A program made the position numbers and the translations under genes. The notes below the pieces were generated by a model that saw nothing but the letters and a program-made list of their open reading frames with translations, ran no database searches and was not told where the DNA came from. A stretch of 63,963 nucleotides of DNA, counting the filler, from Stramenopiles sp. TOSAG23-2 (lineage: Eukaryota): assembly GCA_900128395.1 (NCBI GenBank). It is 4 parts of 4 records of this genome, joined end to end, with 100 filler letters (N's around TTAATTAATTAA, not from the genome) between each part and the next. Parts side by side here need not be neighbours in the genome. Positions count along the whole stretch, not along the records: positions 16,893 to 33,610 come from LT649669.1; positions 33,711 to 50,397 come from LT649670.1; 2 more parts are not named here. One strand, written 5' to 3'. Positions within the stretch are counted from its first letter, which is position 1. Each line of letters opens with the position of its first letter. Of this stretch, positions 22,073-33,711 are shown piece after piece.

Positions 22073-23107
22073 ATGGAATTTGTTCTTGTAAATTTGAACA
22101 CCTTGACACGCAAACAATTACAAACTTATGCGAAACAAAATGGTGTAAAAGCTAATGGTAAAACTATCATGATGTTGGAACAATTGCAAGAAATACAAAA
22201 TGAAATGAAAGTAGAAGAACCAGAAAAAACAAATGTAAACAATGGAAAGTCAACAGAGAATAAAGATGAACATGAAATGAACGGGGGCGTAAATATTATG
22301 ATGGAAGAAGAAAAAAGTGAAAAAATGGAAACAGTTGTCGCAAAAGAGGAAGAACAAGAAGATATTGTCCAAGAAAAAATTGCAATAGAAGAAGATGACA
22401 CAGTCGAAAATAATGTTGAAGAGACGTCAATTGTCATGGAGAAAAATGTTGAAAATGTCATTGTAAATAACGTTACGAAAGTGGAACCGACAACAAGTAA
22501 AGTTGTTAAAAAAGTAATTGCTACAAAAGAATCTACAACAACAGTAATTGTCAAAAAAAAAGAATCAGTATTAAATGTCATTGTAAATAACGTTACGAAA
22601 GTGGAACCGACAACAAGTAAAGTTGTTAAAAAAGTAATTGCTACAAAAGAATCTACAACAACAGTAATTGTCAAAAAAAAAGAATCAGTATTATTACCAT
22701 CGAAAAAATCAACATCTTCTGCTGTTGCTGATATTATTATTATTAGCAAAAAAAATCATATTGCAATTAAGAAAAAAGATAATATTATTGTAAAAAAGAA
22801 GAAAAAGATTGTAAATATTACGAAAAAAAACAATACGACGATGAAGACTAATCATAAAAAATTTGGATTTGGATGTTCATCAAAAACAAATCGTAAACCA
22901 TTATCAAATGTATCTGGTAATACTAGTCGTCATGTTACTAATTACCAACCAGCAACAAAAAACAACAAGAAGAAACGAGTAGCGGTAAAAATGGCAATAT
23001 CCGCTCGTGGTGCAGAACAAATGGAGAGGTTTTTAAAAAGGCAACGTTTAGCTCGTGAAAAAAGGTTGCAAAAGAAAAATACTGTAGCAGAATTTTCACG
23101 TGCATAA
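22073..23107 (+). CDS. SAP-like N-terminal domain protein, NuSAP-like architecture
   Basis: LNTLTRKQLQTYAKQNGVKANGK..MLEQL resembles the NuSAP/SAP-type helix-extension-helix; acidic then basic tail; D-box-like RKPLSNV; ATG at 22073. Confidence 0.55.
   Translation: MEFVLVNLNTLTRKQLQTYAKQNGVKANGKTIMMLEQLQEIQNEMKVEEPEKTNVNNGKSTENKDEHEMNGGVNIMMEEEKSEKMETVVAKEEEQEDIVQEKIAIEEDDTVENNVEETSIVMEKNVENVIVNNVTKVEPTTSKVVKKVIATKESTTTVIVKKKESVLNVIVNNVTKVEPTTSKVVKKVIATKESTTTVIVKKKESVLLPSKKSTSSAVADIIIISKKNHIAIKKKDNIIVKKKKKIVNITKKNNTTMKTNHKKFGFGCSSKTNRKPLSNVSGNTSRHVTNYQPATKNNKKKRVAVKMAISARGAEQMERFLKRQRLAREKRLQKKNTVAEFSRA
22453..22690. repeat. 120-bp exact tandem duplication (in frame, 40 aa)
   Basis: NVIVNNVTKVEPTT...KKKESV occurs twice. 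Confidence 0.93.
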
Positions 23108-23772
23108 AAATCGTTTTCAAGTCGGAAATTGATATACTTAATATCATATACGCTATGATAACTTAGCTTGTGTGTGTGTTTATACATATATATTACTATT
23201 ATACTGTGTTGTATATATAAAATAATGGGGGAAAAAATGTGTCAAAAAAAAAAGATGTAACAAGATAAAAATGTAAAGGAGTGAAAATCAAAAAAAACAG
23301 TGAGAGATATAAAAAAATGTTATTAATGCGTAGATAGTAGCAACCTGTATATTGTTTATATTTTTCTATTTCCAAGCCTATATATTAATATTATAATATA
23401 CCACCTCTTCCAGCCTTCGCCTTTTGTCATGCCAGCATATATGTACTAGGTATATTAATACCTGGTACCTGGGTAGACGAAAATTTGATACAATCTGAAA
23501 AATCCTAAAAATATTTTTAATGCTATTCCGCTTATATTTTAAACATTAGCTCAGATTACAAATATTATGATATGTAAAATATAGTAGCCGCCTGGTAGCC
23601 GTAAAATACACACAAAATAAAAGAAAGCACAAAAAACAAATACTTCGTTATATTGATGTAAACTGTAAATTAATATTATAACATCACACACATTTAATGT
23701 TATAGTCGTCTTTAGAAAAACATTATTTTGTAGTCCGTATAATAATTTACATGTTTACAATAATATTTATTT

Positions 23773-24269
23773 TCAAAGTCTTATTAAAAAAACAATTCGT
23801 TTATAAAAGTGTAATTTTAACATTTCGTTAATTAATAATATGGATGTAAATGTTGGAACGGAACACTTGTCAAAATCATTGTTATCTTCACTAGTCCGAT
23901 TAGTATATGGAACTTCGCAACATTTCACGAAACCTGTTCCAGAAGCACTTCCGGACCGACCCCATGAAGGGTTGTAAACTGCATCTCCGTTCGTACTGCT
24001 ATCGATTTCAATATTTAAGGCGCATGGTTCATCATTTGTCTCATTTGATAATAATACCCATGTATTGACTCTAGTAATAAGCAATGGGAATTCCCCTTAC
24101 CCCATGTTTTTGCTAAAGTTGCTCTTTGTACAACATTGCATCCTTTTATCCTATTTGAAACAGAAGACGATGATGCATATGCAATATTTGTATTATCAAT
24201 TACCATAAAAATTATGATGAATAACAATAAATATAACTCATTGTAAAAATGATGATACTGATTGGACAT
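23773..24269 (-). pseudogene. Possible small secreted Cys-containing protein split over two frames
   Basis: ORF 24269-24015 has a signal peptide; overlapping ORF 24084-23773 is in another frame with protein-like composition; no family recognised. Confidence 0.35.
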
Positions 24270-24925
24270 AATGATGTTCAGGGATGTACAAAAGATGCAA
24301 AAATTAAGATGTAATGAGTGATTAAAATATTATATCAATGTATATGTATATGCATACTTTGCTTTTTCAATTACTTTTAAATTAATGATTATATTATTAG
24401 AATTATATAAATTATTCCAAAGGTGCAAAGTATTAATTGTATTAATAATAGTAGTACCACTAAATTTATAAAAAATATTATAATAATAAAATATGTGATG
24501 TGTTCATCATTGAAATCATCTCGCCATATGTATAAATAAATTCTTCTCATGATGTGCGATTTCTTCTTCAAAGAGGGAAAATAATAAAACCCTTAAATAA
24601 ATATTATATAAATATAATACTTCCAAAAATAATAATTCTAATAATAGCACAAATTAAAATAGCAAAAAAGCAATCTGGCAATATACGTATTATGTGCACG
24701 TATTATTAAATAATGAACAATAATGTAATATATAATAATAATAATACTGTAATATTTTGAAATTAGCGGATTGTATTTTTTATACACGCTTACCAGTATG
24801 TAAAATATATAGACGAGACCATCTATATAATATTAAGACGATCAAGGACCACATAATATCGTATCAACTTTAAAAGAAGGTAAGAAGTAGAATTGGCAAA
24901 GGGCCAGTAGTACCGTATCATTACA

Positions 24926-25801
24926 ATGGATACTAATGTCTATCAAGATATAGAAATTTATTGCCTAGAATGTATTGATCAATTAAAATATGTTACAGAA
25001 ACTGATTTAAAGGAAAAATTGAATTTACAAAATGTACCTTTTCAAACTGTAAGTGCAATTATGTCTCAGTCTGTTCAAACGTTTTTAAAAAAATCATGGT
25101 ATAAAGGGAAAGATCTGAAATACATAGAGCAAGCTGGAACTGAATTCATAACAAATAACAAAAGTCTCCATGAAATTGCATTATCTCTTTCATATCCTCC
25201 ATATTTAGTTGGGAAAATGGTTTTAAGCTATATCATCAATAATAATAATCACAATAATAAAAACAATAATATTAACAATGACCTTGTCAAAAAGTATTTA
25301 AAAGATACATCATTAATACAGCATCTAAAATTAAAGAAAGAAATCGACTATTGGTATGAGCATGATCCATATACCTCGCCATATATTGATCGTCTAAAGC
25401 ATGTTACGGGTGAAGAATATGAATTTATGTTGATGAAAAAATTAAGTGCTAGAAATATAACGTTTAAAGCAGAGGAGGCATTAAAATTAGAAGGTGCAGA
25501 GAAAACACCTGATGCATTAATTACAATTCCATTTTCTGTCCGTTCTCCATCATCAGTACATACAAAAGATGGTAGTAGTATCAACAAAAATCATATTGTT
25601 AATTGGATTGATAGTAAAGCAATGTTTGGAGATGAAAAAGAACATATGAAATATATGAAACAATATACATCATATCGATCTCGATATGGTCCTGGTATGG
25701 TCATATATTGGTTTGGTTATGTAAAAACAATAGCAAATTTAGATCAGGATATTTTTATTACAAATGATTTTCCATTAAAAAATAATATTTTATTAATGTA
25801 A
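24926..25801 (+). CDS. CDIN1: CDAN1-interacting nuclease 1 (C15orf41/TPD)-like PD-(D/E)XK nuclease
   Basis: GEEYE, KTPD, NWIDSKAMFGD, QYTSYRSRYGPGMVIYWFG. Confidence 0.83.
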   Translation: MDTNVYQDIEIYCLECIDQLKYVTETDLKEKLNLQNVPFQTVSAIMSQSVQTFLKKSWYKGKDLKYIEQAGTEFITNNKSLHEIALSLSYPPYLVGKMVLSYIINNNNHNNKNNNINNDLVKKYLKDTSLIQHLKLKKEIDYWYEHDPYTSPYIDRLKHVTGEEYEFMLMKKLSARNITFKAEEALKLEGAEKTPDALITIPFSVRSPSSVHTKDGSSINKNHIVNWIDSKAMFGDEKEHMKYMKQYTSYRSRYGPGMVIYWFGYVKTIANLDQDIFITNDFPLKNNILLM

Positions 25802-26163
25802 AAAAATGTTCATACGTCCGTATAAAGTGATATATTACTACTCGTAATAAAATACAATCGCGAGTATGATATTTATATTAATAATTACACTCTGTGGATT
25901 TCAATGAACTCTATCGCAATGTTACGATTCATTGTGTCCATCTTTCAGTTTAGTGAGATAGATATTATTGTCTCAGTTATTGTATTCTTTCTGGAGAGTA
26001 GGAATTATTATATGAGTAAATTAAAAAATAAGTTACATGCGTATAAATTAATTATAAAATATATATTATATTAATATTTTAATACGAATTCGTATTTTAT
26101 AAATTATCAGTATTTAAAAGTATGATAATTTTTTTATTTTGTGCTTTTATTACTTTTCGTGCA

Positions 26164-26355
26164 TACCAAAAAAGTACGTATTATTTTTGACTTCTTGCTC
26201 CGTAACGTCGTCTTGGGGGATTTTTAGTACGTTTCTTCGTCGATGTGGTAGATTTTCTACCAAAAAAGTACGTATTATTTTTGACTTCTTGCTCCGTAAC
26301 GTCGTCTTGGGGGATTTTTAGTACGTTTCTTCGTCGATGTGGTAGATTTTCTACC
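26164..26355. repeat. 94-bp exact tandem duplication across the MRE11 stop
   Basis: TACCAAAAAAGTACGTA... starts at 26164 and 26258. Confidence 0.9.
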
Positions 26356-28656
26356 AGCAGTTTTTCTTTTTGCACGGCTTTTAGAAATAATTACACTATC
26401 TTCATCTTCATCTGATGATGGAATGTAGGATTCCTTATCATTTGTTTCATTCACTAAATCAACAACATTATTATTGTTACTATCATCACTTGAATCATCA
26501 TCATCACTAATAAGTGATTCGACATAATTCGGTTTTGTTTTGGCTGCAGTACGACTGCTTGTTCGTCGACTTGAAGTTACGCCACGTGCATTACTTTTTG
26601 CTCCAGAGGAATTTTTCATACCTTTCTTTGTTGTGCTTTTCTTTGAGACATTTTTTGTCTTACGCGAATTGTCATTGGAATCCATATCTTCGTCCGAATC
26701 GAAAAAGTCACTGTCAATATCTTCGGAATCCTCTTCTTCTTCTTCGCTACTACTGGGTTGTTTTTTCTTTCGTGATCGACCTTTTGGTATTACATTTTTT
26801 TTCTTTTTGCCCGTATTTTGTCGTACGGCTTTGGCACGTCCATTTTCTACTTTGCGTCTCTTACTAGTTCCTCCATTGCTGTTGGTGGTAGTAGTAGTTG
26901 TAGTGGTTTTTTGTCTGCTGTTGTTTCTACTACTGTTACTGCTGCTACTACTACTACTCATCATCATTCTCGATCCATTGCGATTATCTTCATCATCATC
27001 ATCATCATCCTCATCATCATCATTTCTGTCAATAGTCTTTCTTTTTTTCGGTAAATTTTCCCGTCGAACACGGTCTGTATCTTCTGCAATTAATTCACGA
27101 ATGGTAGCAGCGTCATCGCCCATATTATTACGTCGTTTTAGAGCTTTTTGAGTTTTACGAATAGTATTATTGACAAATTGTCGTAATGCTTGTGCTTCCT
27201 CTTTTACAACATATTTATTCAACGCATCATTTAAAGCTGGTTCTGGTAATAGTTCCAATTTCGTATTACGCTTTTCCAATTCCATTACAATGCGATTGCT
27301 CATATCAGCACCACGAATGCCTTTATCATCGTCGTCGCCATTTAATGCAGGAAACAAATCGTTGACATTTTCACCTTCTCGTCTTCTGGTATTTTTCTTG
27401 CCCGTACCTTTTTTCGTTTTATAAAATTTCAAAAGTGAACTTGGATTAGCTACTTTTCCAGCAAATTGATTACCAAACCTTTGTACGTTTAAATTAGGAA
27501 AATCTTTATCACCTTCTTTAAGCGCACTTCTTTCCACTTTCAATCGAATTAATGGAAGCACCCTTCCTTTTTCATCTCGAGACAAACCTTGGTATCCATT
27601 TTTTGTATCAAATTCGATATGTGCATTTTCAATTGCTTCATATACATATTTTGTCAAAATATCATGAACTTTGATATCAATTGTATGCGTTTGACCATTT
27701 AAATCTTTCAATTCTTCAAAATCACTCAATTTTATAATTTCATGTACAAAAGGACGAACGCTTTGTAATGGCGTCTTTTCAATTTTAAAATTTGTTCCTA
27801 ATATGCTTAAAATACCAACATGCTTTTCAGCTGCCTCGCTTTCAACCAGGGAAGTCGCTACTGAGCTGCCGGGTTGTGTGATGTGATATCCACTTGTAGA
27901 TGGAACCGGATCAATTTTACATTCATGCTCATGTCCCCACATGACTAAATCTAAAAATGATGGAAGAAAACTTTCATGGACACAATTCTTCACACCGCGG
28001 CCCGTATCTCTATTCTGATGCAAGACAAACATATTAAAATACTCTTTAACCTCTTCTTTCGGCCTTACAAATTTTACTTTGTCTTTACTGAACATTCGAC
28101 TTAATCTTTCATCGCGAACTGCGCCTAAACCATATAAAGCCAATTTCGTAGAACCTTTTTCAATTAAAACAGGTTTAATATTAATATCATTAATGCGACT
28201 GGCGGTACCAAAATAATTTAAAAAGTTACCAGCACTCAATATATCACATGCGCTTAATGCCTCTGTACCACTTTCGCGGGTTGGGTCATCATGGTTGCCA
28301 TTAATAGAAAATACTGGCAGCCCAATGTTAAAATTTGGATCTTCATAATTTACACGTTTGTTTCGAAAATTTTCTTCTTGTTGTGAAACAACTTTAATTT
28401 CAATTTGTTTATCACCAAGACAATATTTTCGCAATAAAGATATTGCTTTGAAAACAGACATACGTGATGGTTTATTTTCATGGAACAAATCGCCACCTAG
28501 TAAGACCATGTCGACTTCCTCTTCAACCGCTGTTTGCAAAATTTCTTCAAACGCTGCGAATGAATCATTTGTCCTGATCGGGTCTTTCTCACAATAACCA
28601 AGGTGGTTATCAGATGCTAATAATATTCGAACTGTATTCTCCTCATCATCCGACAT
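26275..28656 (-). CDS. MRE11: Double-strand break repair nuclease MRE11
   Basis: ASDNHLG, GGDLFHENKPS, GNHDDP, LHQNR, WGHEH, QPGSSVATSL, LPLIRLKV, FAGKVANP; ATG at 28656. Confidence 0.97.
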   Translation of the reverse strand: MSDDEENTVRILLASDNHLGYCEKDPIRTNDSFAAFEEILQTAVEEEVDMVLLGGDLFHENKPSRMSVFKAISLLRKYCLGDKQIEIKVVSQQEENFRNKRVNYEDPNFNIGLPVFSINGNHDDPTRESGTEALSACDILSAGNFLNYFGTASRINDINIKPVLIEKGSTKLALYGLGAVRDERLSRMFSKDKVKFVRPKEEVKEYFNMFVLHQNRDTGRGVKNCVHESFLPSFLDLVMWGHEHECKIDPVPSTSGYHITQPGSSVATSLVESEAAEKHVGILSILGTNFKIEKTPLQSVRPFVHEIIKLSDFEELKDLNGQTHTIDIKVHDILTKYVYEAIENAHIEFDTKNGYQGLSRDEKGRVLPLIRLKVERSALKEGDKDFPNLNVQRFGNQFAGKVANPSSLLKFYKTKKGTGKKNTRRREGENVNDLFPALNGDDDDKGIRGADMSNRIVMELEKRNTKLELLPEPALNDALNKYVVKEEAQALRQFVNNTIRKTQKALKRRNNMGDDAATIRELIAEDTDRVRRENLPKKRKTIDRNDDDEDDDDDDEDNRNGSRMMMSSSSSSSNSSRNNSRQKTTTTTTTTNSNGGTSKRRKVENGRAKAVRQNTGKKKKNVIPKGRSRKKKQPSSSEEEEEDSEDIDSDFFDSDEDMDSNDNSRKTKNVSKKSTTKKGMKNSSGAKSNARGVTSSRRTSSRTAAKTKPNYVESLISDDDDSSDDSNNNNVVDLVNETNDKESYIPSSDEDEDSVIISKSRAKRKTAGRKSTTSTKKRTKNPPRRRYGARSQK

Positions 28657-29184
28657 TCTTGTTGTAATATTTTGGATATAATCTCTCTGTGTGTATGTAT
28701 GATTGTACACGTATATCTTATTTGTATTTCTTGGTGTACGATATGGTTTGTGTTTTGGGGGGTTCGGGAGCTTCTTATGAAATGTTTGTAATTGATAATA
28801 CTTGTGTTATGTATTATATGTCAAAATTATAATTAGAAGGAGGTCAATTTTTTTTTAAAAAATATATGATTTATATTATTATTAGTTGTTTTTTATTATA
28901 GTATAAGGTGCTATACCAGGTATAATTATAGGTAGTTGCTTCTTCATATTTATTCATTTTTTAGTTGTGGATTTTCTACAGAGCTACTATTGTACAAAAA
29001 TCACCTTCCCGCGCAGTAGCCGCCCCGTATAGTAGACTACCTGGTAGTAGTATTGTATTGTATTTACCACCAGGTAGCTAGCCCAGCTAGCACGCGTACA
29101 GGAGAGCTTAGCTCTAGCTATTATACTTGATGTATACTTTTTTCCATCCCAATTCATACTGCTTCAAAACGCTCCAATGTTGGG

Positions 29185-29256
29185 GCAGGTTGGCAGGCCC
29201 AGCAGGCCCAGCAGGCCCAGGGCAGGCCAGCTGGGCCAGCTGGCCAGGCAGAGGGG
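29185..29256. repeat. GC-rich (GCAGGCCCA)x3 plus GGCCAGCTGG repeats in a divergent promoter region
   Basis: Direct reading; strong GC contrast with the flanks. Confidence 0.75.
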
Positions 29257-29468
29257 TCCTCGCCTTCCAGCCTTCCACGGCGTTTGTACCAGGTAATAAC
29301 TATAATAATACAATGATACACATATAAATCCATCCATCATCATTATTATTCTGAATCATTAATCATCAAACAAAAAGAAAATGAAAATACATACATAGAA
29401 GAAAGAGAAAACAGATGGAACAGATACATGTATAGATACAAATACATGTCAAAATATTAAAGCAAAAG

Positions 29469-30416
29469 ATGAAGTCTATCATAAAACGATTTGATAAAGA
29501 AAATATATGGACAACATTAAATCCAAGAGTTAGTAATGACTCTTTCAGTTCCATAGTTGTATTTTTAATATCTTTAATAATATTAACAATAGTAGATTTT
29601 TTTATATTTGCTAAATTGGAAAAACAAGGTGGTGTAAATGCAAGGTGGTTCGGTCTGCATGCATTTGCAAATTTATTTGTAGTGATATTGTCTATACCGG
29701 ATGTTCTTCAAACAATTGTTGATCCAGCAAATAGTATGAGTATACAATGCGAATTTAGTAGTATTGCTTGTACAGACGCACCAGTTTGTATAATTGCAGC
29801 TATACACCTATATCATATCCTTGCATTTCGGAATTTAACTTGGGATGACTGGTTTCATCATTTGTTATTTGCGGTTGGAATCTGTTCTCTTCATTTTTGT
29901 TTTAAGTGGGGGCCAATTAGTCAATTTTTATCATTTTTTATTTCTGGTTTACCAGGTGGAATTGATTATGCTATGTTATGCGGCGTAAAAATGAAAATAT
30001 TAAGACCAATTAAAGAAAAACGTATCAATCGATTTATGAATGTATGGATAAGAAGTCCTGGTTTGATGACATCTGGTATCTTGGCCTATGCAAGCTATCA
30101 AAATGGGCACAATCACATCAATCCATTGGGTTTGTTGTTTGGTATGGTGTTGGTGGTATTCAATGGCCAATATTACATGGAACGCGTGGTTGCAAATCAT
30201 GCAGTGAAAAAATATGCATATAAACAAACACTAGCAGTGCAAAAAAATTTAACGGAAGTGGAGGAAATTCGCTCTACAGCTGGTTTGCATAAAATACCAT
30301 CCCTTGAAAATCTTCAAAAATTGGCTAAATCAAGTAATGTTGTACAAAACATTAAGCGTACGTTTTCAAAGGAAAACTTGAACGATTTAGCAAGTCTTCA
30401 AAAAAAAAGTATGTAA
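29469..30416 (+). CDS. TLC (TRAM/LAG1/CLN8)-like multipass membrane protein
   Basis: Several TM helices; WFGLHA, HLYH, WFHHLLF, GLPGGIDY, N.WIRSP, NGQYY. Confidence 0.65.
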   Translation: MKSIIKRFDKENIWTTLNPRVSNDSFSSIVVFLISLIILTIVDFFIFAKLEKQGGVNARWFGLHAFANLFVVILSIPDVLQTIVDPANSMSIQCEFSSIACTDAPVCIIAAIHLYHILAFRNLTWDDWFHHLLFAVGICSLHFCFKWGPISQFLSFFISGLPGGIDYAMLCGVKMKILRPIKEKRINRFMNVWIRSPGLMTSGILAYASYQNGHNHINPLGLLFGMVLVVFNGQYYMERVVANHAVKKYAYKQTLAVQKNLTEVEEIRSTAGLHKIPSLENLQKLAKSSNVVQNIKRTFSKENLNDLASLQKKSM

Positions 30417-30477
30417 AAAATTGTTAACTCTATTACATAATAATATGATATATATATTATACGAAGTATATATATAT

Positions 30478-30640
30478 ATATAAGGAATTGCATGAGGATA
30501 CGGTTATATCTTTTCCATTTTATGAAATTACTTTTGACATATTATATTAATAAAGTATTCATCGTTTTTAGTGTTTTTACATATTATATATATTTATGAG
30601 TATAAATAAAATCTTTTTAAATTTTAAGTAAGAGAATTTT
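30478..30640 (+). repeat. Dispersed repeat family A, long copy
   Basis: Near-identical to 18479-18635; its (TA)n tail is interrupted by the foldback element. Confidence 0.9.
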
Positions 30641-30647
30641 ATATATA

Positions 30648-31902
30648 TAGACAGGCTGAGAGCTTAGACCACCACTTTTGGCACTTTCCGTTTACATAGG
30701 TAATATTTTGTACTTTTAGTATATCCCAATTTAAAAAAATCAGTTTTTGGGAGAACTTTTTTTTCCAATTAAGTACACGTTTTTTCGTAGTCTTAAACTG
30801 GACACTTAAAAGCAGTATTTTCATTTTATTTTTTATTTTATTTATTGATAAATATTTATATTCAGTGCTGTGTATATGCTATTGCACTTCACACATATCT
30901 ATGAAATACGCATACATAGATATATATTTATCATATTTATTGTTGAAAAGTAGATTTTAAAATTATATCGAAAAATACATCAAAATACATTTTATTAACA
31001 CGGTTTTGACGTGATTGTCTTCTTCATATCATAAAGGTTCTTAAAGTCCCTAAGGTTTCATTTTTTTTAAAAATTAAAAATTTTATCTCAAATTTTATAT
31101 TTTCGTAAATTGCAATTAAATAAAACACCAAAAAGAGCAAGTTCAAAGAGGGAAAGCGAGAAAATGTCGTATAAAATATAAAATTCACAATTAAAATAAC
31201 ATAAACATAAGATATCGTCTAGATAATAGATAAAAATTAAACTATATTTATCATTAAAAAAGAATATAATGCAAAAAATTAAACGATAACTCTCTAAATT
31301 TCTTTTTTGTCATATTTATTTGTATATTTTAATTTACATGTTTTATTATTACAGTATCTATCTTAACCGGTTCAGTGGCATAATTAATTTAATAATTGAA
31401 AATATAAAAATTGAAATAAAATTTTTAATTTTTTTTTTGTCATATTTATTTGTATATTTTAATTTACATGTTTTATTATTACAGTATCTATCTTAACCGG
31501 TTCAGTGGCATAATTAATTTAATAATTGAAAATATAAAAATTGAAATAAAATTTTTAATTTTTAAAAAAAATGAAACCTAAGCAACTTTAAGAACCTTTA
31601 TGATATGAATATGATATTTTAATCACTTTTGCGATATAAAAATATATTTTGATGTATTTTTCGATATAATTTTAAAATCTACTTTTCAATACTATATATA
31701 TTAAATATATATATGTGTATGCGTGTTGATTAGATATGTGTGAAGTGTAATAGCATATACACAGCACTGAATATAAATATTTATCATTAAATAATACACT
31801 AATTTCGCATAATAAATTTTAAGTATTTTCCCTAATTTTAAGGATTTTAATAAAATGTTGATAGGAAGCGAAAAGTGCAGGTCTAAGCTCTCAGCCTGTC
31901 TA
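30648..31902. mobile_element. Non-autonomous foldback/TIR DNA transposon (about 1.25 kb)
   Basis: Perfect 23-bp TIR TAGACAGGCTGAGAGCTTAGACC (30648-30670 / 31880-31902); inner imperfect inverted arms about 30848-31090 vs 31545-31787; no coding capacity; flanked by (TA)n; internal 130-bp duplication at 31303-31562. Confidence 0.88.
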
Positions 31903-31943
31903 TATAAATATATATATATAATTATTTTTACAAAAAACTGTTT

Positions 31944-33016
31944 TTAATGATTTAAATCACCATTACCTCTTCCTACATCTATACCATTTTCATCAAAACA
32001 ATTTGCTTTTCCACCTTTTGAACGTAAAAGTGCAATGATCTCTTGGCGAAGTGGACTACGATTATTACGTCCAACATTTAAATCACCATTACCTATTCCT
32101 ACACGTCTACCATTTTCATCATAATAATTTGCTTTTCCACCTTTTGAACGTAAAAGTGCAATGATCTCTTGGCGAAGTGGACTACGATTATTACGATATG
32201 CCCAGTCCAGGGGAGTGTACCCGGACCCGGTCATTTTATTAATACTATCAAGAGGCATATGAGTTAATAACAATTCAATCAACTCAGTAGTCGTTCTGTT
32301 AAAAGCTGCTGCAAAATGTAATGCATTACCTCCAGTTCTATGTGCAATATTAGGATCAGCTTCACATTGTTCAATTAAATATTTCACTACGTGGAAATGT
32401 TCTCTGAATGCAGCTATCTGTAAAGGTGTACGTTTATCACCATCACTAGCTTTACCGACTTGACTCACCATTTCTTTCAATGTCATATCATCTCTGTAGC
32501 CATTCACATCACGATTAGTAATATACTTGTGATAAGGATGAAGATTCATAAATAATTCGACATCATCCATACGTCCGTGATCACATGCACATACAATAGG
32601 TGTTGGTATTGCATCCCTGCAAAATGTACCACGTGGAAACTCTCTTTTATATCTTTCAATTAATAAATAAAGTCTTTTCGCTGGATCTGTTAGTAGTATC
32701 TCATTTATATACTTCTTCTACCTTCATAATCAATACTCAATGCTTCATCACGTACACGTTCAAAATCATCACATCCAAATGCTTTCCTCAACTGCTGTAT
32801 TAAAGAAGATCGTTTCACATTACATAATGATCGAATATCTAAATATAAAAATATTTTTGTCATTATACCGCAGGCAGACTCAAATCCAGCTGGTAAAAGC
32901 AATATACCAATTTCAATTGGTGGTGGTGCCCGTTCTTGTTGTAACGCTTCCAAGGTGGATTCATTTGTTGTACGTTGTCTTTTTGTAGGTGGTTGGTTAG
33001 TAGTCAAAGATGCCAT
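31944..33016 (-). pseudogene. F-box-like + ankyrin-repeat protein, frameshifted near 32715
   Basis: 5' ORF has IMTKIFLYLDIRSLCNV (F-box-like); the ankyrin frame is open from 32717 (KKYINEI...TPIVCAC, TPLQIAA, NALHFAA, TPLDWAY); adding one base joins the frames. Confidence 0.7.
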
Positions 33017-33213
33017 AGTTGTATATATGTATATATATATATGTATATTGTATATATTTTCTATCTCTTCGTCCTTTCTTATATTTAATATTATTTTCTA
33101 TCTCTTTGTCCTTTCTTATATTTAATATATATATATATTGTATATATTTTCTATCTCTTCGTCCTATCTTATATTATATTTACTGTATTCAATATTGAAT
33201 GAATGAAAAAACA

Positions 33214-33567
33214 AGAAGAAATGGAGACGCAATTCAACACATTTTTATAAAAAATATCAAAAAATAGAATATAGTTTTATTAAATACTTTTAGAGATTCC
33301 CAGTTCACAAAGTAACAAAATGCTCTACACTCTTTTTACATGTACATATATATATTTCAAAAGTATCGTACAAACAATCTATAAAACAGTAGAAGAAATG
33401 GAGACGCAATTCAACACATTTTTATAAAAAATATCAAAAAATAGAATATAGTTTTATTAAATACTTTTAGAGATTCCCAGTTCACAAAGTAACAAAATGC
33501 TCTACACTCTTTTTACATGTACATATATATATTTCAAAAGTATCGTACAAACAATCTATAAAACAGT
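33214..33567. repeat. 177-bp exact tandem duplication, non-coding
   Basis: AGAAGAAATGGAGACGCAATT... starts at 33214 and 33391. Confidence 0.93.
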
Positions 33568-33610
33568 TCGCAGAAAATATATTTTTTAATGATTTAAATC
33601 ACCATTACCT

Positions 33611-33710
33611 NNNNNNNNNNNNNNNNNNNNNNNNNNNNNNNNNNNNNNNNNNNNTTAATTAATTAANNNNNNNNNNNNNNNNNNNNNNNNNNNNNNNNNN
33701 NNNNNNNNNN
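33611..33710. other. Artificial contig linker
   Basis: N44-TTAATTAATTAA-N44. Confidence 0.98.
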
Positions 33711-33711
33711 G

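Noticed and set aside
26514-27424. Antisense ORFs over MRE11, and similar ones over other genes
   Set aside because: Shadow frames of low-complexity or codon-biased coding sequence
28280-28310. MRE11 INGNHDDP instead of IHGNHDDP
   Set aside because: The catalytic GNHD residues and other metal motifs are intact
31944-32200. DGR-like template/variable repeat pair
   Set aside because: Differences are not adenine-specific and no reverse transcriptase is present
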